A DNA stretch of 64,000 bases, taken from the NCBI GenBank assembly GCA_963662405.2, contig CAXXKT010000001.1, positions 1,344,001-1,408,000 of the forward strand, read 5' to 3'. Both the position numbers and the translations under genes were made by a program. This DNA comes from Syntrophales bacterium. GTDB lineage: Bacteria > Desulfobacterota > Syntrophia > Syntrophales > UBA2210. Below, one piece after another: positions 10,725 to 21,733 of this stretch. Below the pieces are notes generated by a model. That model ran no database searches, was not told the DNA's origin, and saw only the letters and a program-made list of their open reading frames with translations. Position 1 is the first letter of the stretch; each line of letters begins with the position of its first letter.

Positions 10725-12462
10725 AGTCAACAAACTTATTTCGTTAGGCAAGGGAAAAGGATTCCTCACGTATGACGATATCAACGATATGCTGCCGTCC
10801 GACGTTATATTCTCAGACCAGATAGATGACATCCTAACGGTCTTTCATGAGAAAAACATTGAAGTGGTCGATGTCGAAAGAGACGAGAAAGATACCGATA
10901 AACACGGGGAAAAAACCGATGAGGACGAAGAGAAAGGGATGAAGGACGAGATTCCTCCCCTCCCGGTATCAGCCCTCGGCAAGACGGGAGACCCCGTTAA
11001 GATGTACCTGAGAGAGATGGGGATGGTATCCCTCCTCAGTCGTGAGGAAGAGGTGCGAATCGCCAAGAAGATTGAGAAGGGGGAAAAGAAGATCATGGAG
11101 TCCCTCTTCAGCCTGCCGGTCTTTATCGGAGAGGTGGTGGAGATCGGGGAAAAGCTTCAAACAGGTGAGGTCCGGATCAAAACGGTTGTCGACAACCTTG
11201 AAGACGAAAGTGGTTTTACCGAGGAGGAAGTGTACCAAGAACGAGTGCAGAAGCTTGCCTCCAAGGTTGGACAACTGGACGCGCGGAATACCGTTCTGAG
11301 GGACAATTTAAAGAAGGGAGGACTGGCGGATGCGGATGAGAAAGCCATCAGGGATGAACTGGAGAAAAACGGCAAACGGATTGTGAAGCTCTGCAAGGAT
11401 ATCAATTTCAATAAACGTCGCATCAGTGCGATGGTTGCCAGGCTTAACGACACCGTTGCTGCTTTAAACGAGGGCGAGCGAGCGATACAGAAGTGCGTGG
11501 AAGAAGCGGGCATGTCACTCAACGCGTTGGATCGGTTGTTTTCCCGCATGAGGGCCGGTGAAGAGGAAGAGATCTCCACGGAAACGGGTATAGCGGTCAA
11601 AACGATCCGTGAGTACGAGCGGACAGTTCGAGAAGCCCGGAATACCAGAAAGAGAATAGCGGCTCAGATCGGTGTCCCCAAAGAGACATTGAAGATGATC
11701 GTGACCTCCATCAAGGGGGGAGAGTCCGAGGCGAACCGGGCGAAGAGAAAATTGATCAAGGCCAACCTCCGTCTGGTTGTCAGTATTGCCAAGAAATATA
11801 CAAACAGGGGTCTGCAGTTCCTGGATCTTATCCAGGAAGGGAATGTCGGATTGATGAAGGCCGTCGAGAAATTTGAGTACCAGCGGGGGTATAAGTTCTC
11901 CACGTATGCAACGTGGTGGATCAGGCAGGCCATCACGCGGGCCATCGCTGATCAGGCGCGGACAATACGGATCCCGGTTCACATGATCGAAACCATCAAT
12001 AAACTGATCAGGACGTCGCGGTACCTGGTGCAGGAACTGGGGAGGGAACCGACCCCCGCCGAGATCGCGGAAAAGATGGAGTTTCCTCTTGATAAGGTGC
12101 GAAAGGTATTGAAGATTGCCAAGGAGCCGATATCTTTGGAGACCCCCATCGGGGAAGAGGAGGATAGCTCTCTCGGGGATTTCATCGAGGATAAGAAGGT
12201 CATGTCTCCCTCCGATGCCACCATGAACATGGATCTCGCGCAGCAGACCAGGAAGATCCTATCCACCTTGACGCCGCGCGAGGAAAAGGTGCTCAGGATG
12301 CGCTTCGGGATCAGTGAAAAAGCCGACGCCGGGTTCAGCCCGGACAGGACAAGCGAATATTCCAATGACACGGTGGAACGGGCCATGCAGATCGAAGATA
12401 ATGTCCTGAAGAAGATGAGAGGTACATCAAGGCGCAGAGAGATCAAGGGAGGAATCAAATAG
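10699..12462 (+). CDS. rpoD: RNA polymerase sigma-70 factor RpoD (region 4.2 atypical)
   Basis: Region 1.1, [11 protein letters not shown] (1.2), [13 protein letters not shown]...[27 protein letters not shown] (2/3); directly downstream of dnaG. Confidence 0.93.
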   Translation: MKKVIKSDEVNKLISLGKGKGFLTYDDINDMLPSDVIFSDQIDDILTVFHEKNIEVVDVERDEKDTDKHGEKTDEDEEKGMKDEIPPLPVSALGKTGDPVKMYLREMGMVSLLSREEEVRIAKKIEKGEKKIMESLFSLPVFIGEVVEIGEKLQTGEVRIKTVVDNLEDESGFTEEEVYQERVQKLASKVGQLDARNTVLRDNLKKGGLADADEKAIRDELEKNGKRIVKLCKDINFNKRRISAMVARLNDTVAALNEGERAIQKCVEEAGMSLNALDRLFSRMRAGEEEEISTETGIAVKTIREYERTVREARNTRKRIAAQIGVPKETLKMIVTSIKGGESEANRAKRKLIKANLRLVVSIAKKYTNRGLQFLDLIQEGNVGLMKAVEKFEYQRGYKFSTYATWWIRQAITRAIADQARTIRIPVHMIETINKLIRTSRYLVQELGREPTPAEIAEKMEFPLDKVRKVLKIAKEPISLETPIGEEEDSSLGDFIEDKKVMSPSDATMNMDLAQQTRKILSTLTPREEKVLRMRFGISEKADAGFSPDRTSEYSNDTVERAMQIEDNVLKKMRGTSRRREIKGGIK

Positions 12463-12523
12463 GGCTTCCCCCTTGGCATTACAAGAGCGCGTTTCATTAT
12501 CCCCTGTCAGGAGTGTAAGAAGA

Positions 12524-12907
12524 TCAGTCGCAGACGGCGACAACCTCGATCTCCAACGGGGCATCTTTGGGGAGACGATTGACCGCCACGCAGCTCCTGG
12601 CGGGACGGGATTCTCCAAAGTACTGTGTGTAGATCGTGTTGAACTGATCAAACAGGGTCATGTCGGTCAAGAAGATCGTGACCTTTACCACGCGGTCGAG
12701 GTTCGAATGAGCATTCTCCAGAATATGTGTCAGGTTGTCGAGCACGGTTCGCACCTGGAGCTCGAAAGGCCCCGTTACCAACTGACCCGTTTTCGAGTTC
12801 ATCGGGATCTGCCCGGAAACGTACAACCAGCCCCCGGCCCTGACCGCCTGAGAGTAAGGCCCTATCGGGATAGGGGCCCGTTCGGTATAGACAATCTCTT
12901 TGTCCAT
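12524..12907 (-). CDS. ridA: RidA/YjgF enamine deaminase
   Basis: GPYSQA, SGQIP, PARS, IEV. Confidence 0.92.
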   Translation of the reverse strand: MDKEIVYTERAPIPIGPYSQAVRAGGWLYVSGQIPMNSKTGQLVTGPFELQVRTVLDNLTHILENAHSNLDRVVKVTIFLTDMTLFDQFNTIYTQYFGESRPARSCVAVNRLPKDAPLEIEVVAVCD

Positions 12908-13027
12908 AATGCCCTCCTTTCCCCACCGGTACTTGACAACACAACCGGGGAGATGTCAATCAAATAGTTGCACCAGGGATGGACCTCTGCTAAACCACCT
13001 CTATGTGAGATAAGGATGCAGCCGACG

Positions 13028-14221
13028 ATGGATGTGAAAACCATACTGACTGTTACACAGTTGACAGAGGTCATTAAAGAAACGCTGGAGGGATGCTTCG
13101 GCGCCGTTTGGATCACCGGTGAGATATCCAATCTTCGGCGCCCCGCTTCAGGCCACCTCTATGCGACCCTCAAAGACGAGAAGAGCCAGATACGCATGGT
13201 CGCCTTCCGGGGGTCGGTCGCGCGGCTGGGGTTTGATCTTGAAGACGGGATGAAGATTATCTGCCGGGGGAGGTTGAATGTCTATCCGGCCCGTGGCGAA
13301 TATCAGATCATTATCGATGCTGCTGAACCGAAGGGGCTCGGTGCCCTCCAGATGGCCTTCGAGCAGCTGAAAGTGCGCCTGGAGAAGGAGGGGTTGTTCG
13401 ATCATTCCCATAAGCGGAAAATCCCCTTTCTCCCCGGAAAGATCGGAATTGTCACCTCTTCTTCCGGCGCGGCCCTCCGGGATATCCTGAATATTACGGG
13501 GAGGAGGTTCCCCTCCGTCGATGTCGTGATCGCCCCCGCGGCCGTTCAGGGAGTCGAGGCGCCCCGGGAGATATGCAGTGCCGTGGCGGATCTCAATGAG
13601 GTTGGTGTTGATGTCATCATCGTCACTCGGGGGGGAGGGTCGCTTGAGGATCTCTTCTGTTTTAATGACGAACAAGTCGCCCGGGCAATCCGGGCCTCGA
13701 AGATTCCCGTCATCTCGGCCGTCGGCCATGAGATCGACTTCACGATCGCCGATTTCGCGGCCGATCTCAGGGCTCCGACCCCCTCTGCGGCCGCCGAGTT
13801 GGTGGTCCCCGATACGAGGGTCCTGATGGAACGAACACAGAGGCTGAGGTCACAGCTGATACATGCCTCTCATATGGTGTTGCGGGAGCTGAAAACGAGG
13901 GCGGTCTTTGTCGCGGAAGGTCTGCGCGATCCGAAGGAGAGGATTGCCGACCTGCGGGTGAGGGTTGAAAATCTCCGAGGCGAAGCGGGATCCCGGATAC
14001 AAACCCGTATTGATACCCTTCGGGGTGTCCTGCAGGCGGAGATGGCCCTCTTGGACACTCTCAGTCCCTTGGCCGTACTGGGAAGGGGTTTCGGGATCGT
14101 CCGGTTGGCCGACGGGTCCGTCGTTAGGGATGCGGGGATACTGGCGGTGGATGAGGGTGTCGATGTGCGGGTTGCATCGGGAAGTTTCACGGCGCGAGTG
14201 ACCACTATTTCACGGGAGTAA
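13028..14221 (+). CDS. xseA: Exodeoxyribonuclease VII large subunit
   Basis: GEISN, SGHLY..LKD, RGGGSLEDL, SAVGHE.D, RAPTPSAAAE. Confidence 0.96.
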   Translation: MDVKTILTVTQLTEVIKETLEGCFGAVWITGEISNLRRPASGHLYATLKDEKSQIRMVAFRGSVARLGFDLEDGMKIICRGRLNVYPARGEYQIIIDAAEPKGLGALQMAFEQLKVRLEKEGLFDHSHKRKIPFLPGKIGIVTSSSGAALRDILNITGRRFPSVDVVIAPAAVQGVEAPREICSAVADLNEVGVDVIIVTRGGGSLEDLFCFNDEQVARAIRASKIPVISAVGHEIDFTIADFAADLRAPTPSAAAELVVPDTRVLMERTQRLRSQLIHASHMVLRELKTRAVFVAEGLRDPKERIADLRVRVENLRGEAGSRIQTRIDTLRGVLQAEMALLDTLSPLAVLGRGFGIVRLADGSVVRDAGILAVDEGVDVRVASGSFTARVTTISRE

Positions 14222-14225
14222 AAGG

Positions 14226-14480
14226 ATGGCGGAAAAAACGTTTGAGAAGGCCCTGGAAGAACTGGAAGCGATTGTAAAAAAGATGGAAGGCGGGGATTTG
14301 TCTCTTGATGATTCGCTCAAGGCCTTCGAAGAGGGGATCAGACTCTCCCGGTTTTGCACCGACAGGCTGGAGGAGACGGAGAGAAAGATCGAAATCCTGC
14401 TCAGGGATGATGATGTCCTGAAGACTGAACCATTTGAGAAGAAGAATGGAGATGATCGTGAATCAACCGATATCACTTGA
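14226..14480 (+). CDS. xseB: Exodeoxyribonuclease VII small subunit
   Basis: FEKALEELE.IV..ME.G.LSL. Confidence 0.95.
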   Translation: MAEKTFEKALEELEAIVKKMEGGDLSLDDSLKAFEEGIRLSRFCTDRLEETERKIEILLRDDDVLKTEPFEKKNGDDRESTDIT

Positions 14481-15354
14481 GACATATCTCGCGGGACGGA
14501 AAGAAGTGGTCGATCGGGCTCTTGACGAATACCTCCCGGCGGTGGTCGGTGTTTCTTCCGAGATCGTCGAGGCAATGCGCTACTCGCTTTTCGCCGGCGG
14601 GAAACGGCTCCGGCCGATCCTCTGTATGGCCTCGGCGGAGGCGGTCGGCGGGAGTATGCGGACGGCACTTCCCATTGCATGTGCCATTGAGATGGTCCAT
14701 ACCTATTCCCTGATACATGATGACCTTCCGGCGATGGATAATGATGCCTATCGGCGGGGGAAGCCCACAAATCACAGGGTGTTCGGGGAAGGGATCGCGA
14801 TTCTGGCGGGGGATGCCCTCCTGACGGAGGCCTTCTGCCTCCTCTCCGGTCGACACCCGGGGATTCCTCCTGAAAAGGGGCTGACTGTTTTGCATGAGGT
14901 CGCTCGGGCTGCGGGTTTTCAGGGGATGGTGGGTGGTCAGGTGGCGGATCTCAGGGCTGAGGGGGAGGTGGTGGACCGGCAACAGGTGGACTATATCCAC
15001 ACACACAAGACACAGGCCCTCATTACCGTTTCCATCCGCGCGGGGGCACTGCTGGCGGATGCCGGGATAGATGATCTCAATGCCCTCTCGGCGTATGGGG
15101 ACATGACGGGACTTGCCTTTCAGATAGCGGATGATATCTTGGACATCGAAAGTTCCCGGAAGGCCCTGGGGAAGGATACCGGCAGCGATGAAGGGCGCGG
15201 TAAGGCAACCTATCCCGCCCTGATCGGACTTGAAAGGTCCCGGGAAGAGATGTCCCGATTGGTCGAGGATGCCCTGTCGGCGATACGTCGGTTCGATGAT
15301 CGGATCGATCCCCTGCGGATGATCGCACGGTTCATCGCAGAGCGGAAATCGTAG
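14452..15354 (+). CDS. ispA: Farnesyl/geranylgeranyl diphosphate synthase
   Basis: [26 protein letters not shown]. Confidence 0.95.
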   Translation: MIVNQPISLETYLAGRKEVVDRALDEYLPAVVGVSSEIVEAMRYSLFAGGKRLRPILCMASAEAVGGSMRTALPIACAIEMVHTYSLIHDDLPAMDNDAYRRGKPTNHRVFGEGIAILAGDALLTEAFCLLSGRHPGIPPEKGLTVLHEVARAAGFQGMVGGQVADLRAEGEVVDRQQVDYIHTHKTQALITVSIRAGALLADAGIDDLNALSAYGDMTGLAFQIADDILDIESSRKALGKDTGSDEGRGKATYPALIGLERSREEMSRLVEDALSAIRRFDDRIDPLRMIARFIAERKS

Positions 15355-15401
15355 GGTGCGTTTCGGGTCGATGGGGACCGCGAATCGCGGGAGAAACAGG
15401 T

Positions 15402-17291
15402 ATGAATAACGAAAACGGAATACTGGAGGGGATCAACGATCCTGAAGACATACGATGCCTCGGCATTGAAGAACTGAAAACCCTGGCCGGCGAAATCAGG
15501 CAGATGATACTGAAGGTTGTCTCCGTAAACGGCGGGCACCTGGCCCCCTCGTTGGGGGCGGTTGAACTGGCCCTGGCCATCCATTATGTCTTTGATACTC
15601 CGCGGGACAAGGTCATCTGGGATGTGGGGCACCAGGCATATGCACACAAGATCGTTACGGGGAGGAGACAGGCGTTTCACACCCTCAGAAAGAAGGGGGG
15701 AGTCAGCGGTTTTCCCAAGAGACAGGAGAGTGTCTATGACGTATTCGGCGCGGGCCACAGCAGCACCTCCATCTCCGCAGCGGCCGGTATCGCCGATGCC
15801 CGATGCCTGAAGGAACAGCATTTCAAGGTGATCGCCGTCATCGGGGATGGGTCTATGACCGCCGGAATGGCATTTGAGGCCCTCAATTGGTCCGGGGAGC
15901 GGGAGAAGGACCTGATCGTTATCCTGAATGACAACGAGATGTCCATTTCCCCGAACGTGGGGGCCATGTCTTCCTACCTGAATCGTGTCATGACGGGGCA
16001 GCAGATCACGCGCCTCCGGGCAAAGATCCACGATTTTCTGAAGACCGTCCCCGGGGTGGGAGAGCAGGTGATCAAATTTGCCCGGAGGGCTGAAGAGTCG
16101 CTCAAGGGTTTCGTGGTCCCGGGGATGCTCTTTGAAGAACTGGGGTTCAAGTATATCGGTCCCCTTGAAGGCCACCGGTTGGATCACCTGATCAAAAATC
16201 TCCAGAACGTACGAGGTATGGAGCGGCCTGTCCTGGTGCATGTCATCACTCGAAAGGGGAAGGGGTACCGCTTTGCCGAGGAGGACCCCGCCCGATTCCA
16301 TGGAATCGGGCCCTTTAATGTCGAAACGGGAGAGACAATCAGCCAGAATCATTCCCGGAAATCATACACGCAGGTCTTCGGCCAGACGGTGTTGGAACTC
16401 GCCCGCGAAAATCCTGCCGTTGTTGCGATCACGGCCGCGATGATGAGCGGGACCGGTCTCGACCGGTTTGCCCGTGAGATCCCCGAGCGGTTTTACGATG
16501 TCGGAATCGCCGAGCAGCACGGGGTTACCTTTGCCGCAGGACTCGCCACCGAGGGATTGATCCCCATTGTTGCGATCTACTCCACCTTCCTGCAGCGGGC
16601 CTACGACCAAGTGCTTCATGACGTGTGCCTGCAGAATCTTCCCGTCGTTTTCGCCCTCGACCGGGGGGGGGTCGTCGGGGATGACGGCCCGACACATCAC
16701 GGACTCTTCGATTTCGTCTACCTGCGATCCATTCCGAATATGGTGGTAATGGCCCCGAAGGATGAAAACGAACTGCAACATATGCTCAAGACTGCCGTGG
16801 AGTGCGGCGGCCCCGTTTCAATACGCTATCCCCGCGGCGCCGGGATGGGAGTTTCCCTCGACGAACGACCTGCCTGTATCGAAATCGGAAAGGCAGAGAT
16901 TCTCCGAGAAGGGAAGGATGTTGTCATCATGGCAATCGGATCCACCGTGTATCCCTCCCTCGAAGCTGCGGAAGTCCTTGCCGGCGAAGGGATTGAGGCG
17001 ACCGTTGTCAACAGCCGTTTCGTTAAACCCCTCGACAGGGATCTGTTGTGTAACATCTCATCCTCGTGTAAGCGGGTTGTTACGGTTGAAGAGCATGTCC
17101 TGATGGGCGGGTTCGGCAGTGCCGTTCTCGAGTTGTTTGAAGAAACAGGGCTGATGGGAATTGCCGTAAAGCGGGTCGGTATCGCTGACGAATTTGTAGA
17201 ACAGGGGACGCAGGCCGAACTGCGGAGACAACAGGGGGTCGATGCCCGGGGGATCGTGGAGTCCGTCAGAAGGATGGTAACTCTATCGTGA
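15402..17291 (+). CDS. dxs: 1-deoxy-D-xylulose-5-phosphate synthase
   Basis: [41 protein letters not shown]. Confidence 0.97.
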   Translation: MNNENGILEGINDPEDIRCLGIEELKTLAGEIRQMILKVVSVNGGHLAPSLGAVELALAIHYVFDTPRDKVIWDVGHQAYAHKIVTGRRQAFHTLRKKGGVSGFPKRQESVYDVFGAGHSSTSISAAAGIADARCLKEQHFKVIAVIGDGSMTAGMAFEALNWSGEREKDLIVILNDNEMSISPNVGAMSSYLNRVMTGQQITRLRAKIHDFLKTVPGVGEQVIKFARRAEESLKGFVVPGMLFEELGFKYIGPLEGHRLDHLIKNLQNVRGMERPVLVHVITRKGKGYRFAEEDPARFHGIGPFNVETGETISQNHSRKSYTQVFGQTVLELARENPAVVAITAAMMSGTGLDRFAREIPERFYDVGIAEQHGVTFAAGLATEGLIPIVAIYSTFLQRAYDQVLHDVCLQNLPVVFALDRGGVVGDDGPTHHGLFDFVYLRSIPNMVVMAPKDENELQHMLKTAVECGGPVSIRYPRGAGMGVSLDERPACIEIGKAEILREGKDVVIMAIGSTVYPSLEAAEVLAGEGIEATVVNSRFVKPLDRDLLCNISSSCKRVVTVEEHVLMGGFGSAVLELFEETGLMGIAVKRVGIADEFVEQGTQAELRRQQGVDARGIVESVRRMVTLS

Positions 17292-17328
17292 CCAGCGCGC
17301 CGATTACCATGACAGGGGCACGAATCAG

Positions 17329-18078
17329 ATGAAAACGAATCCGCCGAAGGTCAGGTTGGATCGTCTCCTGGTTGATCGCGGCATCACAGCAACCCGGGAG
17401 AGGGCCAAGGCGCTTATCTTGTCGGGCTTGGTGGTGGTCGGGGAATCACGTGTCGACAAAGCGGGAACGGTGGTTCCCGCCGATGCCGAAATCCGCGTCA
17501 AAGGGGACGGGAATCCCTATGTCAGCCGGGGAGGATTGAAGATCGAGGGTGCCCTCCGATCATTCGATATTGACGTGGCCGGGGTTGTGGCCCTGGATAT
17601 TGGTGCCTCCACGGGCGGGTTTACCGATTGTCTTCTGCAGCGAGGGGCAGTGAAGGTCTATGCGGTCGATGTGGGATATGGCCAGATCGACTGGAAACTC
17701 CGAACAGACCGGCGAGTAATCCTCTTTGAGAAGACCAATATCAGGTATTTTTCGGGTGAAGGGATCGAGGACCCCATCGACCTCACGGTCATCGATGTCT
17801 CATTTATTTCGCTGAAACTGGTTCTCCCCGTCGCCGTCAGACTGACCGGTGCGGGGGGATCAATCCTCGCCCTGATCAAGCCGCAATTCGAGGCAGGGAG
17901 GAGTGAGGTCGGTAAGGGTGTCGTGCGGGATCCGCTGGTCCACCGGAGGGTTGTTGAGGATATGGTGACATTTTCCAGTGAACTGGGCCTTGATGTCGTC
18001 GGGACCTGTGGATCACCCATTACCGGACCGGCCGGCAACCGGGAATTTTTCCTGTATGCCCGCAAGTCCAGCCTGTGA
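17329..18078 (+). CDS. tlyA: TlyA family rRNA 2'-O-methyltransferase
   Basis: S4 domain, YVSRGGLK, DIGASTGGFTD, DVSFISL, LIKPQFE. Confidence 0.95.
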   Translation: MKTNPPKVRLDRLLVDRGITATRERAKALILSGLVVVGESRVDKAGTVVPADAEIRVKGDGNPYVSRGGLKIEGALRSFDIDVAGVVALDIGASTGGFTDCLLQRGAVKVYAVDVGYGQIDWKLRTDRRVILFEKTNIRYFSGEGIEDPIDLTVIDVSFISLKLVLPVAVRLTGAGGSILALIKPQFEAGRSEVGKGVVRDPLVHRRVVEDMVTFSSELGLDVVGTCGSPITGPAGNREFFLYARKSSL

Positions 18079-18092
18079 GATAGGGACGAACG

Positions 18093-19808
18093 ATGGGAGT
18101 CAAATTGGCCGAGACGGCGGGTTTCTGTATGGGCGTCAAGAGAGCGGTTGATATGGTTCTTGCCCTGACCCGTCACCGGAGCGACAAACAGGTGTATACC
18201 TACGGCCCCCTGATACACAACCCCCAGACGGTGGAGCTCCTCAGGGAACGAGGGATTGTCCCGGTGAAGGATATCGATTCCGTCGGGGATGGAATCATGG
18301 TGATACGCGCCCATGGGATATCGCCTCAAGAACGGAGTCGTATCAAAAACAAGGGGATCGAAATCGTCGATGCCACGTGCCCGCGCGTGGCAAGCGTCCA
18401 GGCGATCATAAAGAAACATGCCGCGCGGGGTGATGCGGTGGTGATAGTCGGGGACAGAGAGCATCCGGAGGTTGCCAGCCTCTTGGGGTATGCATCGGGA
18501 AAGGGAATGGTTATTCACGATATCGCTGGTGTCGCGGATCTTCCCGATTTGGAGAAACTTTGTGTCGTCGCTCAGACCACGCAGGATTCGGGAAAGTACC
18601 GAGAGATTACAGCGGCGATTCTCCGGAGGTTCCCGGAGGCCATGATCTTTGACACCATATGCGATTCAACCGAAAAAAGACAGGCCGAAGTCAAGGCGAT
18701 GGCCTCCGCAATGGACGGGATTATTATCGTGGGGGGAAGGGACAGCGCAAACACGAAACGGCTCGCGGAGATCTCTCACGGATGCGGGGCTCGAACGGTA
18801 CATGTCGAGACCGCCGAAGAACTTGACGGTGTTGATTTCGATGAGTGCAGGCAGATTGGTGTCTCCGCCGGTGCCTCCACACCGAACTGGATCACCGAAG
18901 GGGTGATAGACTATCTGATCCTCAACAGGAGAGGAAAGATGCCGGGGGTATTGAGAGGTCCGTACAATATCTGGATATTTCTGGTCCGGACAGACCTCTC
19001 TTCGGCCATCGGTGCCGGGTTTCTCTCCCTGGTAAGCATGGCGCTCCAGGGACTGACGGTAAAGATATCTCATATCATGATCGCCTCTCTGTGTGTCTAT
19101 GCCATCCATACCATCAACCGGTTGGAGGGGAGGAGCTTCGGGAGGATCAAAGGGGGCTTCAGGGAAAAATCCTACGTACGACACAAAAGGACCTATATCA
19201 CGGCCGCCATTGTTTCCCTTGCCCTCGCGTTGGCGCTCTCCTTTCTTGAAGGGACGGCCACCTTTTTACTGGTGGGGTTGGTCGCCCTCCCCGGGGTTCT
19301 CTATACGGTCAACGTCTGGGGGAAGCGGCTGGAGGATCTCCCCGGCTCCAAAAATTTCTTCACCGCTGCGGCGTGGGGTGCCGTGACCGGCGTTGTCCCA
19401 CAGATCAGCACCGGCATCGAGATCACCTGCAGTATGGTCGTTTCATTTGCCTTTGTCTTCGCCCTTGTTTTCGCCAAATCGGTCCTCTCCGATACCCTCG
19501 ATATCCAGAGTGATCGCCTGATCGGTCGGGAAACGATCCCTATCCTGATAGGGGAAGGACCTTCACGGATACTGCTGAAGGGAATAGCGGTTCTGACCGG
19601 GATCGGACTGGTCGTCTCGCTGCCCGTCGGCTGCACCTCTTCCCTGAGCCTGGCGCTTCTGGTGCCGTTGTTTTATCTATGGATTTGTATAGGACTTTGT
19701 GATAAGAAAACTCGGTTTTCCAGGATGGCCCTGGAGGGGCTGCTGGGGTTGAATTATATGATCGCCGGGGCAACTGCATGCTTCTGGTTAGTGATGGAAG
19801 CGCTGTAA
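18093..19808 (+). CDS. ispH: HMBPP reductase IspH fused to a C-terminal UbiA-like membrane domain
   Basis: GFCMGV, DATCP, HPEV, TICDST (three Fe-S Cys), AGASTP; C-terminal ~290 aa multi-TM with DTLDIQSD..IG..TIP. Confidence 0.9.
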   Translation: MGVKLAETAGFCMGVKRAVDMVLALTRHRSDKQVYTYGPLIHNPQTVELLRERGIVPVKDIDSVGDGIMVIRAHGISPQERSRIKNKGIEIVDATCPRVASVQAIIKKHAARGDAVVIVGDREHPEVASLLGYASGKGMVIHDIAGVADLPDLEKLCVVAQTTQDSGKYREITAAILRRFPEAMIFDTICDSTEKRQAEVKAMASAMDGIIIVGGRDSANTKRLAEISHGCGARTVHVETAEELDGVDFDECRQIGVSAGASTPNWITEGVIDYLILNRRGKMPGVLRGPYNIWIFLVRTDLSSAIGAGFLSLVSMALQGLTVKISHIMIASLCVYAIHTINRLEGRSFGRIKGGFREKSYVRHKRTYITAAIVSLALALALSFLEGTATFLLVGLVALPGVLYTVNVWGKRLEDLPGSKNFFTAAAWGAVTGVVPQISTGIEITCSMVVSFAFVFALVFAKSVLSDTLDIQSDRLIGRETIPILIGEGPSRILLKGIAVLTGIGLVVSLPVGCTSSLSLALLVPLFYLWICIGLCDKKTRFSRMALEGLLGLNYMIAGATACFWLVMEAL

Positions 19809-19835
19809 GATATACAGTATCCGGGGGGATCGTCA

Positions 19836-20429
19836 ATGCGGGTAAGCGTGAGGAATTTGATCTTTGCAGTGTTGCTCTGTGTGACACTTTCCGCCTGTGG
19901 GGGGCTCCGTTTTTCACAGATTGCGCCGGGGATTGATGCGTTTCATCCCGAAGCGCTCTGCATCCTTCCGGTTGATGCCGGTGTTTACACGCAAGCGGCG
20001 GGAGGAGTCGTCGATGATATCATCGACGATGTCGTCAAGAAAAAGGGGTGGTTTTCCACCGTTGTTTCACCGAAAGAGGTGGCGAAACTGATGGAAGAGA
20101 ACGACCGATTGAAAGATTCCATCACCGATTACCTCGCGAAGCTGAAGGTGGTACACTTTTCCGACCCCGACCTGAGCGGCTTTATCGGCAAGACGTGTCA
20201 TGCAGATGCCGTACTCGTCGTGGAGGTGGATTTCTGGAACTATACGACGCAGGGGGATGACAACCTCGTGAAGGCGGGTTTCAGCATGCAACTGGTGGCC
20301 GCACAGACGGGTGAGGTTATGTGGAAGGCGAACCACTTCGCAACGGAAAAATACCGGTGGTTCAAGCCAAACGTGGCCGCTTTCGCGCGCGACGTGGCCG
20401 CGGAGATGATAGCACGCATGCCCCATTAG
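19836..20429 (+). CDS. Hypothetical lipoprotein (DUF799/GNA1162-like fold suspected)
   Basis: LSAC lipobox; ILPV, ADAVL, TGEVMWK patterns. Confidence 0.65.
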   Translation: MRVSVRNLIFAVLLCVTLSACGGLRFSQIAPGIDAFHPEALCILPVDAGVYTQAAGGVVDDIIDDVVKKKGWFSTVVSPKEVAKLMEENDRLKDSITDYLAKLKVVHFSDPDLSGFIGKTCHADAVLVVEVDFWNYTTQGDDNLVKAGFSMQLVAAQTGEVMWKANHFATEKYRWFKPNVAAFARDVAAEMIARMPH

Positions 20430-20598
20430 GTGGTAAGAGGAGATCCTCCGCAGCTTTCCCGCGGGGATAATTTCTTGGGTGTGTTGATTCCTCCGGGGTT
20501 GGTATGTTTGGAATAAGCGTCTGCGGTTTTTCGGCGGATGTTACCTTCGGTCCCGGTCATATCATGTGTCGGTGACTGGAAGGGAAGAGGATGAGGGG

Positions 20599-21041
<443 letters not shown>

Positions 21042-21083
21042 CAGCCGATAACCGGGCTGTATGCCCTCATAGTGAGGCCTGGA

Positions 21084-21728
21084 ATGAAGGGTTTATTCAT
21101 TACGTTCGAGGGGATCGAAGGTTCCGGAAAGTCAACCCAAATCAGAAAGGCCGAGGGTTATCTGAAAGAACGGGGAATCCCCGTCATCGTCACCGGCGAA
21201 CCGGGGGGAACACCGCTCGGAGCGGAACTGCGGAAAATCCTGCTTGACAAGACGGCGCTTATGCTGTCCGGTAGGGCGGAGCTGTTGCTTTTCGCCGCGG
21301 ACAGGGCTCAGCACGTCGAGGAAGTTATGATGCCCGCGATGGAAGAGGGGAAAGTGGTGTTATGTGACCGTTTTTCCGATGCTACCGTCGCGTATCAAGG
21401 ATGTGGGAGAGGGGAAGACCGGGGGCGTGTCAGATCTGTGTGTGATTTTGCATCCCGGTCGCTGGTCCCCGATATGACCTTTCTGTTTGATATCCCGGCC
21501 GATACGGGACTCGGGAGGATCATGGACCGTGCCCGCAATGCGGGTGATCCCCCTCGTGAAGACCGGTTTGAGAGAGAACATCTGGACTTTCACGAAACCA
21601 TCAGGGATGGCTACCTGACGCTGGCCCGGGAGGCCCCGGACCGGATCAGGGTGATCGATGCCTCCCGGGATATCGATACGGTGCACCGAGATGTCCGTAT
21701 CCATTTGAAAGAATTGATTGAAAGATAA
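21084..21728 (+). CDS. tmk: Thymidylate kinase
   Basis: FITFEGIEGSGKST, LCDRF.DAT.AYQG. Confidence 0.96.
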   Translation: MKGLFITFEGIEGSGKSTQIRKAEGYLKERGIPVIVTGEPGGTPLGAELRKILLDKTALMLSGRAELLLFAADRAQHVEEVMMPAMEEGKVVLCDRFSDATVAYQGCGRGEDRGRVRSVCDFASRSLVPDMTFLFDIPADTGLGRIMDRARNAGDPPREDRFEREHLDFHETIRDGYLTLAREAPDRIRVIDASRDIDTVHRDVRIHLKELIER

Positions 21729-21733
21729 GGCTT

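Noticed and set aside
20430..20598. Possible tRNA or ncRNA in the spacer before nfu
   Set aside because: No cloverleaf, T-loop or recognisable riboswitch motif
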